This document shows positions 36,575 to 44,979 of a stretch of 64,000 bases of DNA, piece after piece; within the stretch, counting starts at the first letter, position 1; each line of letters begins with the position of its first letter. The position numbers were made by a program, and so were the translations under genes. Source of the stretch: Candidatus Buchananbacteria bacterium (GTDB taxonomy: Bacteria > Patescibacteriota > Patescibacteriia > 2-01-FULL-39-33). The stretch spans positions 701 through 64,700 of the forward strand of contig JBAYFY010000002.1 in assembly GCA_041666945.1 (NCBI GenBank), in the 5' to 3' direction. The notes under the pieces are model-generated. The model did not search any database. It saw only the letters and a program-made list of their open reading frames with translations, and was not told where the DNA came from.

Positions 36575-39500
36575 TTATTTTTGGGGTGTGGGCACTTCGC
36601 CCTCTCCCGGTTTGCGAGGCGAAAGCGCATCCATAATATTTTCCAATCGCGTGCCCTTGACGAGTTTCTTGACGGCTTCAATGCCACCGAGACCGGTCAG
36701 AAGACCGAGCGAACCTCCGGCTTCGGGCAGGTGTTCGGCCAAAGCGGTCGCCAGTTGTTTGTCGCCGAGGGCCTGAAGGGCTTCGACGAGTTTGGGCTGG
36801 ATGGCCTCAAGTCGCGTCTTGTCGGCATTGGCGGTTTCTTTGGTGATCAAACTATCGATTTCGGCCAGCGCCTTGCGGAATTCAACTAGTGAGGCATTTT
36901 CCGCTTTGATGCGATTCAATTCGGCCAGCGCCTTAGCATTGGCTTGTTCCAGCTCCAGTTTGGCAACGTCATTGTCGCCATCCTGCTTGGCTTTTCTGCG
37001 GGCCTGTTCGTTCATAATCAAGGCCAGCTTAGATTCGTGTTCGACGCGCGCCAGTTCATTGTCCTGCTGTAATTTGGCCGCGGCTCTTTCCAGGGCCAGC
37101 ATCAGATTGCGTTTAATCTCGATTTTGCTTATCTCAACTTGTTGTTCGGCCGCTTTATCGGCAATCTTGGCGAGCTCCAGTTTTTGTTCGGCTTCGCGTT
37201 CTTCTTTGGCTTTGTCTATTTCGGCCTGTTGGCGTGCGGCTTCCTCGTTTATCTTTGCGATCTCGAGTTTTTTTGCCGCTTCGCGTTGTGCCCTGGCTTT
37301 ATCAATTTCATTCTGTTCTACGGCCGCTTCATCGGCAATTTTGGCGAGTTTCAGTTTTTGTTCGGCCTCGAGCCTGGTTTTTTCCGTGCTTAGATTTGCT
37401 TCTTCTCCGGCGATCTGCGCTTGTTTCCGTTTGGACTGAAGCGCCACGCTCGCTGCCATGTCGTCGAGTTGTTGGCTGACTATGGAGGTGTTGATTTTTA
37501 AGAGCTTAGCGGCTACTTCCTTGTCGGGAATATTAATCGCCAAAACTTCAACTTCCAACACCTTCATGTTATTTTCTTTGAACGTCATACCTGGCCGATG
37601 CTGGCCTTCGCCCTCGGGTTTCTTGCCGAGAACCGTATCGCGTACGAACTCCGCTACGTCTTTATAGAGATCATCCAGAGTCACTTGGCGCGCGGCCGCA
37701 CGTAAACGGCTACGAAGGTGTTCACAGAAGAAGAGCACGTAATCCTGGTGATTGAACCATTTGAGACGTTCTTCCTCGTTGTCACTAACAAATTCCACGC
37801 CATAGCAGACCTCTACATTCACGCTGACGAAATCTTCGGTTACAAGCTCTATGGCATCTGTGACACGGTTGCCACGGATACGCAGGAAGCAGGTTTCCAA
37901 AGATTTTTCATCGTTTTTCGGTCGACCCGTAGACAGTTTCAGGACTTCCGGCACTTCTTCAAATTCAAAGAGTTCGGTTTTAGGTCCTACGACGACGCGA
38001 CGGCTGTTCTTACCCGTAACGAGAATGGCGGTATTGTTGGGAACAGGCACAGACATCGCCCAAGGCGTCTCCACCATCTGGCGGGGATCCACCTTTTTAT
38101 GTGGTTCGCCTTCGCCGATCACAAGATTCCACAGCCAGCCGGGAATGCGGCGTTTGATATGGCGTTGTTTGCGCGGGTCGGGAAGAACCTTCTTTTCACC
38201 GCGGATTAGCTCCACATTGCCGGTTTCCACATTGGCGACATAAATTCCGCTTTTTTGGTCTACGCCGATTGACAGCACGTAAACTTCGGAATGATCATTG
38301 CCCGTGTGCGGTTGACGCGTGACCGGATGGATTACTTGAAATGCCCGCGTGGGTACTACATAGGCGTCCATTCCGCCCACAAAAATCTCGTCGCCCTTGA
38401 GGTATATTTCTTTTTCCAGGATACAGTCGCTCGGCAACATCGCCGCCAGTTCAGCTTTGGAGATCGAAGTTGCGGTCGTGCGGATGAGAATTCCGCGATC
38501 GGGTCGGATGTGATAAGCGTCATAAATGCCATTTCGCGATTCGGTGGTCCTGAACCGGTCGTAAGGACCGGGGAAGGCGCGCCCTGGACCCGGACGGGTA
38601 TCGGGGTTGCCTTCTTTGTCAATGATCACGCAGAATTCGGTGGGACCGGGTACCAACGCTTCGCACACGGCGGTGTCTCGTTCTGCAGGAGCGGTCGGGC
38701 AAAAGTCATTCTGTTCCACATTACACAATTTTGTGACTAAAGTTAACATTTCTTCCTTATTTAAAACTTGTATGAGCTCCGCATAGAAATTTCGTGGCGA
38801 TGCGTTACGATTTTTTAATTCTTGGTATGTGTCACGGATGTTCTGGTAATGGCTTCGCCAGCCCAATTCCGAGATCGTCCGCGTGACTTGGTCGGGGCGA
38901 ATGTCGCCGCTTTCCATTTTTTCCTGCAGGGTTTGCTCCGCGGATTTGTTTGGTTCAATATTTGTCGCGGTCTGGGGTCTGGGATTATTGCGTACGACAT
39001 CAATGCCGGTAGGCGGAATATAGGTCGGAGTTTCACTGCCACGAATGACGATGCGTTGTCCGACAATCAGTTGGGGCAGTTCGGTATTTTTGGCCGCTTC
39101 GGGAGAAATTTGTTTCTGGGATTCTTCCGTCGAACCGGCGCCATTTTGTCCTGCGCCGCTGTCCTCCGGTTTATCTTCAGCTGTTTCAAAAACAGCTTTC
39201 TTGAGTCCGGCCGATTGTATGGTCAAACTGTAGTACGGGGCTTGTTCATCAACGTTGGGGTTTTCCACTACGGCCACCAGATACTGACTGGCCGATAAAG
39301 TGTGGACCTTACGTACTTCCACTCGTTGGCCCGGCCATACGGGGAAATATCCGGAAGTGACGGTACGTTTACTGCCGCGTTTGAGAACCTTCATCTCATT
39401 TTTGCCCTTTTGGTAGCCACCATTGGGCTTATCAACATCGGCCGAATCCACCGGGTTGTAAATTACGGCGTATTCGTCATGGTTAATCGTTACAAATTCT

Positions 39501-39697
39501 TGAATCGCGGAACTCGCTTGGTCAACCGGCGTCCATTTGGTGGGGTTGTTTTGGTCCGGGATCAAGAAGATGTCGTCTTCGCTGACATCCAGCGGATCGG
39601 GGCCGATCAACATACGCAGTTGGCCGTCCTTTTTGCTCGCGATCCAGAGGTATTGTCCCGCCATTAAAGGCATTTTTCGATCGGCTTGTGGGGGCAT
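36575..39697 (-). CDS. major vault protein (MVP) homolog: beta repeats, SPFH-like shoulder, long coiled-coil cap helix (SD-led cassette)
   Basis: VPNNTAILV...RRVVVGP...LKLSTGRPK...TDAIELVTEDFVSVNVEVCYGVEF...WFNHQDYV...LRSRLRAAARQVTLDD...F.EN.MKV..VEV parallels the MVP R9/shoulder; start 39697 after AAGGGAG. Confidence 0.82.
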   Translation of the reverse strand: MPPQADRKMPLMAGQYLWIASKKDGQLRMLIGPDPLDVSEDDIFLIPDQNNPTKWTPVDQASSAIQEFVTINHDEYAVIYNPVDSADVDKPNGGYQKGKNEMKVLKRGSKRTVTSGYFPVWPGQRVEVRKVHTLSASQYLVAVVENPNVDEQAPYYSLTIQSAGLKKAVFETAEDKPEDSGAGQNGAGSTEESQKQISPEAAKNTELPQLIVGQRIVIRGSETPTYIPPTGIDVVRNNPRPQTATNIEPNKSAEQTLQEKMESGDIRPDQVTRTISELGWRSHYQNIRDTYQELKNRNASPRNFYAELIQVLNKEEMLTLVTKLCNVEQNDFCPTAPAERDTAVCEALVPGPTEFCVIIDKEGNPDTRPGPGRAFPGPYDRFRTTESRNGIYDAYHIRPDRGILIRTTATSISKAELAAMLPSDCILEKEIYLKGDEIFVGGMDAYVVPTRAFQVIHPVTRQPHTGNDHSEVYVLSIGVDQKSGIYVANVETGNVELIRGEKKVLPDPRKQRHIKRRIPGWLWNLVIGEGEPHKKVDPRQMVETPWAMSVPVPNNTAILVTGKNSRRVVVGPKTELFEFEEVPEVLKLSTGRPKNDEKSLETCFLRIRGNRVTDAIELVTEDFVSVNVEVCYGVEFVSDNEEERLKWFNHQDYVLFFCEHLRSRLRAAARQVTLDDLYKDVAEFVRDTVLGKKPEGEGQHRPGMTFKENNMKVLEVEVLAINIPDKEVAAKLLKINTSIVSQQLDDMAASVALQSKRKQAQIAGEEANLSTEKTRLEAEQKLKLAKIADEAAVEQNEIDKARAQREAAKKLEIAKINEEAARQQAEIDKAKEEREAEQKLELAKIADKAAEQQVEISKIEIKRNLMLALERAAAKLQQDNELARVEHESKLALIMNEQARRKAKQDGDNDVAKLELEQANAKALAELNRIKAENASLVEFRKALAEIDSLITKETANADKTRLEAIQPKLVEALQALGDKQLATALAEHLPEAGGSLGLLTGLGGIEAVKKLVKGTRLENIMDALSPRKPGEGEVPTPQK

Positions 39698-39792
39698 AAA
39701 TCTGTCTCCCTTCTGTTGTGGTTTCCTTTTTTGTTTCAAATGCCAACAATAAACGTTCTCGCTATCCGTACTTTTTTTGCCCTTTTTTGCCC

Positions 39793-39855
39793 TTTCTTTA
39801 TCCTCTTATTTCTTTATCCTCTTATTTCTTTATCCTCCTACCTTTCTTTATCCTC
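39793..39855 (-). repeat. 4 copies of GAGGATAAAGAAA in the MVP leader
   Basis: TTTCTTTATCCTC at 39793, 39809, 39825, 39843. Confidence 0.9.
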
Positions 39856-39903
39856 CTGTTTGTCTCTTGTTTTTTCAATTTTGCTGATTAATTTTCTTTG
39901 GAC

Positions 39904-39973
39904 TATTCAATTATTAAAGAACGCCAAGAAAACTTGGATATCCAATCATATAACAAATCATGAAAAAAGTCAA
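39904..39973 (-). promoter_or_regulatory. MVP promoter plus boxA-like motif
   Basis: TTGACT-17-TATGAT (39945-39973) then GTTCTTTAATAATTGAATA (39904-39922). Confidence 0.7.
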
Positions 39974-39999
39974 GGTTTTGTACAGTTAACATTAAAGGG

Positions 40000-40087
40000 T
40001 GATGTTGAATCCTGCTAAACCGGGTTTTTCCACAGGACAAATAATATTGATAACCGCCTGTTTTTTGACTAATATTATTAACACTAT
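40000..40087 (+). repeat. 88-bp direct repeat copy 2 (no tRNA downstream; -35 changed to TTGATA)
   Basis: 81/88 identical to 29430-29517. Confidence 0.9.
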
Positions 40088-40155
40088 ATTTTTTGACAAA
40101 AAAGAGTAAAAATTGTAAAGTTAAAGCAATATTTGCTCGGAAAAGTTATTATTGT

Positions 40156-40332
40156 ATGGATCAAAAAAGTGTGATTTATGTTTTTATAGATGCCTCTAAC
40201 CTGTGGCAAGCTCATAAAAATAATGCTTCGGAGGAGTTAAAAAATGGCGGTGACGGTTATACTGATATTTTAAAAATTGAAAATGATATTTGGGGCAAAA
40301 AATTAACGCGAAGAGTGGAAAATGATAATTAA
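40156..40332 (+). pseudogene. NYN/LabA-domain gene with large internal deletion
   Basis: N-terminal VYVFIDASNL joined directly to C-terminal-like SEELKNGGDGYTDI; only 58 aa. Confidence 0.6.
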
Positions 40333-40405
40333 AAAAGTCACCCTCCTTGCGGAGGGTGACCCTTGGATGTAAAACCCTTTTGGTCTATATGAACAACCAA
40401 AAGAC
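40331..40405 (-). ncRNA. candidate ~75-nt small RNA convergent on the NYN gene
   Basis: TTGACT-17-TATAAT with TG extension at 40412-40440; hairpin CTTTTGGT/ACCAAAAG; terminator GTCACCCTCC-GCAA-GGAGGGTGAC-T6; too short for a credible CDS. Confidence 0.6.
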
Positions 40406-40501
40406 ATAGGTATTATATCAATAACTATTAAGGAAGTCAAGATAATTGTGGGTAACTTATTTTAAATATCTAATTTTAGATAAAATATATCTATAAATAA
40501 T

Positions 40502-41044
40502 ATGGTAAAAATAACTTATTTCGTCCACGGGACGACAACCGATAATGAGAAGGATATCTCGTCCGGGTGGTATGATGTCGGCCTATCTGATTTGGGAGTA
40601 AAACAGTCAATCGACCTAAAGGATCAAATCAAAGACAAAAAGTTTGATGCAGTATTTTGCTCGGATTTGCAAAGAGCAGTTGATTCGGCCAAATTAACTT
40701 TCGGAGACACTGTGCAGATAATTCAGGATCAAAGATTGCGGGAATGTAATTATGGGGAATATAACGCCAAAGCATCGGCAGTCGTGGAGCCGATGCAGGA
40801 AGAACACATCGCAGAACAATTTCCCGAAGGTGAGAGTTATGAAGACGTGAAAACCAGAATTGCCGATTTTATTGGATTCCTGAAACAAAACTACGACGGT
40901 CAGAATGTCGCAATTGTGGCTCATAAGGCGCCACAACTGGCCTTGGATGTACTGCTAAAAGGTAAAACATGGGAGCAGGCATTCGCTGAAGATTGGCGAA
41001 AAAGAAAAGCGTGGCAACCGGGTTGGGAGTATGAAATTAATTGA
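40502..41044 (+). CDS. histidine phosphatase (phosphoglycerate mutase-like) family
   Basis: VHGTT, SDLQRA, LRECNYG, GES, IVAH. Confidence 0.88.
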   Translation: MVKITYFVHGTTTDNEKDISSGWYDVGLSDLGVKQSIDLKDQIKDKKFDAVFCSDLQRAVDSAKLTFGDTVQIIQDQRLRECNYGEYNAKASAVVEPMQEEHIAEQFPEGESYEDVKTRIADFIGFLKQNYDGQNVAIVAHKAPQLALDVLLKGKTWEQAFAEDWRKRKAWQPGWEYEIN

Positions 41045-41062
41045 ATAAAAAATAATTTATTT

Positions 41063-41842
41063 ATGAAAGAAAGGGTTTATTTCAAGTCCAAAGACGGCAT
41101 TAAACTCTGTGGTATTTGGGATATGCCTAAAAAAACTAACGGTAAAGCAGTTATTTTAGCGCATGGAATTACTGTCGACAAAAATGAGGACGGCGTTTTT
41201 ACTAATTTATCCAAATTGCTTAAAGACCACGGTTATGCCGTATTACGTTTTGATTTTAGGAGTCATGGCGAGAGCCAAGGCAAACCGATAGAGGTTACAA
41301 TCAAAGGTGAGATATTGGATTTAGATGCGGCGGTTAATAATGCAAGAAAAATGGGCTACTCGGATATTGGCATGGTAGGAGCCAGTTTTGGCGGTGGAGT
41401 CGCCACGCTATATGTGGCCAAGCATCCAAATAAAATAAAATGCCTTTGTCTTTGGAATCCTTGTTTGAATTATGACCACTGTTTTCTTAACCCGACGTTG
41501 CCCTGGCTGGTGGATAGGAAAGATAAGATGAGAGTTGATTTAAAACAGCAGGGCTGGACGACTTTGGGAAGAAGGAAGTTTGTTTTGGGCAAAAAATTAT
41601 TCGCTGAAATGGCTAAGTTGCATCCCGAATTGGAAATTAAAAAGATACGAATGCCAATAGAAATAATTCATGGCGATAAAGATACTTACGTCCCATACGC
41701 TGACTCCAAGGCGTTATTGGCTGATATGCCCAACGGGCGTCTTGTAACGATTAAAAATGGCGAACACGGTTTTCATGAGCCAAGGGAACAGACGAATATG
41801 GCCAATATTAAAACGTTACATTTTTTTCAAAAATACTTATAA
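41063..41842 (+). CDS. alpha/beta hydrolase
   Basis: AHG, RFDFRSHGES, GASFGG, HGDKD, HGF. Confidence 0.9.
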   Translation: MKERVYFKSKDGIKLCGIWDMPKKTNGKAVILAHGITVDKNEDGVFTNLSKLLKDHGYAVLRFDFRSHGESQGKPIEVTIKGEILDLDAAVNNARKMGYSDIGMVGASFGGGVATLYVAKHPNKIKCLCLWNPCLNYDHCFLNPTLPWLVDRKDKMRVDLKQQGWTTLGRRKFVLGKKLFAEMAKLHPELEIKKIRMPIEIIHGDKDTYVPYADSKALLADMPNGRLVTIKNGEHGFHEPREQTNMANIKTLHFFQKYL

Positions 41843-41897
41843 TTTATTCGCAAAAACTGAAATCAATTAATAAATAACGACCAATTTACAAAAACAT

Positions 41898-42386
41898 ATG
41901 GCTACAAACCAAACAATAAAATCAACCGGCTGCTGTGAGCCGTTTAATCCCGAGCCCTGGCAGGATAAAGAAATCACCTGGCAAAATAAAATTTTTGTTA
42001 AAGACCATATTACGAGTTTTTGCCATATTCCGTTGAATATGGGAAAGAAAATCGTTAAGAATTTGGGATTAATTGAAAAAGCCGGAGCCCAAGCGCCGCA
42101 GCAATTAATGCTTACTGATGAAAAATCGCTTTGGGGCGCGGATATTTACATTGATGTTTCCAAGGATGTTCCGGGCGCGGAAATGGCCGATCTTTCCGGC
42201 ACTTTTTTAACCAAGGTTTTTGAAGGGCCGTATCAAAACGCCGGCAAGTGGGCGCAGGAAATGAAGGAATATGTGGAAAACAAGGGCCAGAAAATAAAAA
42301 AGTTGTATTTTTCTTACACCACTTGCCCCAAATGCGCCAAGGCCTATGGCAAGAATTACGTGGTGCTTTTGGCGCAAATAAATTAG
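41898..42386 (+). CDS. conserved hypothetical protein (GyrI-like 'hydrolase' family)
   Basis: TGCCEPF, FLTKVFEGPY, YTTCPKCAKAYGKNYVV. Confidence 0.7.
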   Translation: MATNQTIKSTGCCEPFNPEPWQDKEITWQNKIFVKDHITSFCHIPLNMGKKIVKNLGLIEKAGAQAPQQLMLTDEKSLWGADIYIDVSKDVPGAEMADLSGTFLTKVFEGPYQNAGKWAQEMKEYVENKGQKIKKLYFSYTTCPKCAKAYGKNYVVLLAQIN

Positions 42387-42423
42387 GCGCACTAAATTTG
42401 CGCTGACTGATAAGGAGAAAAAA

Positions 42424-43020
42424 ATGGACATTATTTTGGCTACAAGAAATCCCAGCAAAGCCGATCAGATCAGAGCGGTATTTTCCGGTTTGCCGGTTCA
42501 AATCCTGACTCTTGACGAGGCGGGAATTAAGGGCGAAGCGGTTGAAGACGGCCGGACGCTTCAGGAGAACGCGCTCAAAAAAGCGCGCTTTGTGCATGAG
42601 CAGTTGGCTGATAAAACGTTGGTTATGGCGGACGACACGGGGTTGTTTATCAACGCCTTGGGCGGCGCGCCGGGCATACGTTCCGCCAGATGGGCCGGTG
42701 AAACGGCCACGACCGAGGAAATAACCAAGCATACTCTTGCCGCGCTTGCCGGCGCGACCGATCGCTCGGCCAGGTTTGAAACCGCGGTCGCGGTTATCAT
42801 GCCCGACGGCCGGGAGCGCTTTTTTAACGGTCAAGTCAGCGGTCAGATTCTGGAATCGCCGCGAACCGCGCCTCAACCCAAAATGCCATACAGTGGGATT
42901 TTTGTCTGCGACGGTTCCGGCCTGGTTTGGGCGGAGATGACCATTGAACATGAAAACAGCATTTCCCACCGCGGCCAGGCCTTCCGCCAAGCCCGCGCCC
43001 TGATAGAAGGTCTTTTGTAA
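42424..43020 (+). CDS. rdgB: non-canonical purine NTP pyrophosphatase (RdgB/HAM1 family)
   Basis: ATRNPSK, ENALKKA, ADDTGL...GAPGIRSAR, SHRGQA; SD TAAGGAG. Confidence 0.88.
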   Translation: MDIILATRNPSKADQIRAVFSGLPVQILTLDEAGIKGEAVEDGRTLQENALKKARFVHEQLADKTLVMADDTGLFINALGGAPGIRSARWAGETATTEEITKHTLAALAGATDRSARFETAVAVIMPDGRERFFNGQVSGQILESPRTAPQPKMPYSGIFVCDGSGLVWAEMTIEHENSISHRGQAFRQARALIEGLL

Positions 43021-43085
43021 TATTTAGAGCGATTAATATTTCCAAGAGGTTGGCAGGCCACTTTACTGCCAAGGCAGTCGCCCTA

Positions 43086-43119
43086 ATACCCCGCGGCTCT
43101 GTCGCGGGGTTGACTTCAT
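43086..43119. repeat. IS200/IS605-end-like or REP palindrome
   Basis: ACCCCGCGGC-TCT-GTCGCGGGGT followed by TGACTTCAT. Confidence 0.45.
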
Positions 43120-43178
43120 TAATTGATTTTGAGATAATTTATATTAGATTATAAAAGTTGCGATGTAACTTTAATAAT

Positions 43179-43574
43179 ATGGAAAATTACGATTGGTATC
43201 AGCAGCTTATCAAGCCGTCATGGTCGCCGCCGGCTTGGCTATTCGGACCGGTTTGGACTTTTCTTTACATTCTAATCACCGTTTCTTTCGGTTGGGTATT
43301 TATTTTGGCTTGGCAAAAACGGCTGCCTTTGATTATCGCTTTGCCCTTTGTTTTGAATTTGTTTTTTAATTTTATTTTTACGCCCCTGCAATTCGGTTTG
43401 AAAAATAATTTTTTGGCTTCAGTTGACATCCTCTTGATCTTGGTTACGCTTATTTGGGCAATGGTCGCTGTTTATCCTTACGCGCGTTGGGTGTCTTACT
43501 TGCAAATACCGTATTTGCTTTGGGTGATGTTTGCCGCCGTTTTGCAATTAACCGTTACTTATTTAAATAAATAA
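43179..43574 (+). CDS. TspO/MBR family protein
   Basis: WYQQLIKPSWSPPAWLFGPVWTFLY...PYLLWV.FA. Confidence 0.92.
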   Translation: MENYDWYQQLIKPSWSPPAWLFGPVWTFLYILITVSFGWVFILAWQKRLPLIIALPFVLNLFFNFIFTPLQFGLKNNFLASVDILLILVTLIWAMVAVYPYARWVSYLQIPYLLWVMFAAVLQLTVTYLNK

Positions 43575-43575
43575 T

Positions 43576-43815
43576 ATGAAAAAAATTATCGTTTCTCAAT
43601 TCGTGGTTTTGTTAGTTGGCACGGTTTTCGCTTGGGGTAACTTCTTTTACGAGTTGTGGCTCTGGTTGCAGAATCGCGCTTGCACCACCGGCTGTTACGC
43701 CGCCTCCGGGCCTTTGGTCAATCCGTTTTTTACCCCGTGCTTTTACGGCGCGGTCTTTTTTGCCCTCGCCTTTGTTTTGAGTGTTGTTTTACTGCGATCG
43801 GAATTAAAGAAATAA
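43576..43815 (+). CDS. small two-TM membrane protein with Cys motif
   Basis: CTTGC...NPFFTPCFYG between two TM helices. Confidence 0.65.
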   Translation: MKKIIVSQFVVLLVGTVFAWGNFFYELWLWLQNRACTTGCYAASGPLVNPFFTPCFYGAVFFALAFVLSVVLLRSELKK

Positions 43816-43980
43816 GATCTAAGTTTGGATTAATCATAAAACCCCCTGTCGAAAATTTTCGACAGGGATGTTTTAAAGTTCGGTTGGTTTTACTTATTAA
43901 GATGAGTTGCCAATTAAATTATGCACAGGTCAATCATGGAACTTTAATCTTATGATTTTGTTTGGTATAATTAGCTCATT

Positions 43981-44979
43981 ATGCCTAAACCAAAGAAAAG
44001 CAAATTAATTGTTGGCTTGCCCACCAGACATGAGGAAGCAACCATTTATAATGCCTTAAAATCAATTAGTGAAGCTATTTTTTACACTCAAATACAAGAT
44101 TATCGCTTGGTAGTGTGCATTAACGGTTGTAGCGATAAAACTCCGAAAATTGTCAATGATTTTATTAAGGATTTCCCGCACATCAACTGTACGGTTATTG
44201 AAAGCCAACCTGGGTTAGTTAATGCGCAAAGAAAAATTGTTGAATTATTTCCCGCTGAAGTGCATGTGTTTCCGGATGCTGACGGTAGGATAAAAAAGGA
44301 CGCTATTAAATTATTATTAGATGAATTAAATAAAGATAAGAAGTTAATGGTTGTTTACGCCAAAACCGTTTCCCTTATTGATAAGGATGGCCGTCTTCCA
44401 TTAGTGAGGAAAATGGGCATATTGTATGATTCGCAAAAAATGTTGACTCCGCGCCGTTATTTTCACGGTCGTCTGTTCGCCGTTAAAAAATGGTATTTGC
44501 CGCCGGATACAGAGGTTTTAAAAAGAGCTCAAGCCAATAAAAATAGTCGAGAATTGTTAAAATACTGCAAAAAGCAACCATTACTTTCAGCCGATGATAT
44601 TTTAATGTCTAGTTATTTTATTGATAAATATGGATTTGCATCCATTAAACAAGTGAGCCGGGCCCATTGTTATGCTTGGCCAATTGGTTCATTTGTCGAT
44701 TGGCTTAATGTTTATCGGCGTCGTAATATAGAAGTGGAAAAAATTAAGCGTTGGTATCCCGAGTATAATTACCTTTGGCCGCTAATCGATCGTTATACTG
44801 ATTGGCGGAAATGGCGGCAAGCTGATTTTTTTGATAAAATGCTTTGGTTGCTTTATCTGCTAATGAAAGGGATATTTTTTTGCTATTTGCAGATTGAATT
44901 TTTATTACTTAAACTAGGATTTTATGAACCGCCGGAACAATGGAAAACGACCATCAGCACCAAAAAAAGATTCAATTAA
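43981..44979 (+). CDS. glycosyltransferase family 2
   Basis: LPTRHEE, NGCSDKT, PDAD (DxD), ADD. Confidence 0.8.
   Translation: MPKPKKSKLIVGLPTRHEEATIYNALKSISEAIFYTQIQDYRLVVCINGCSDKTPKIVNDFIKDFPHINCTVIESQPGLVNAQRKIVELFPAEVHVFPDADGRIKKDAIKLLLDELNKDKKLMVVYAKTVSLIDKDGRLPLVRKMGILYDSQKMLTPRRYFHGRLFAVKKWYLPPDTEVLKRAQANKNSRELLKYCKKQPLLSADDILMSSYFIDKYGFASIKQVSRAHCYAWPIGSFVDWLNVYRRRNIEVEKIKRWYPEYNYLWPLIDRYTDWRKWRQADFFDKMLWLLYLLMKGIFFCYLQIEFLLLKLGFYEPPEQWKTTISTKKRFN

Noticed and set aside
39793-39855. CRISPR array
   Set aside because: 13-bp units with 3-5 nt spacers, no palindrome and no cas genes; no repeat-spacer array elsewhere in the window.
29456-40456. Replication origin from DnaA-box-like 9-mers (near 29456, 32986, 40026, 40448)
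   Set aside because: The boxes are isolated and kilobases apart, with no cluster and no dnaA/dnaN nearby.
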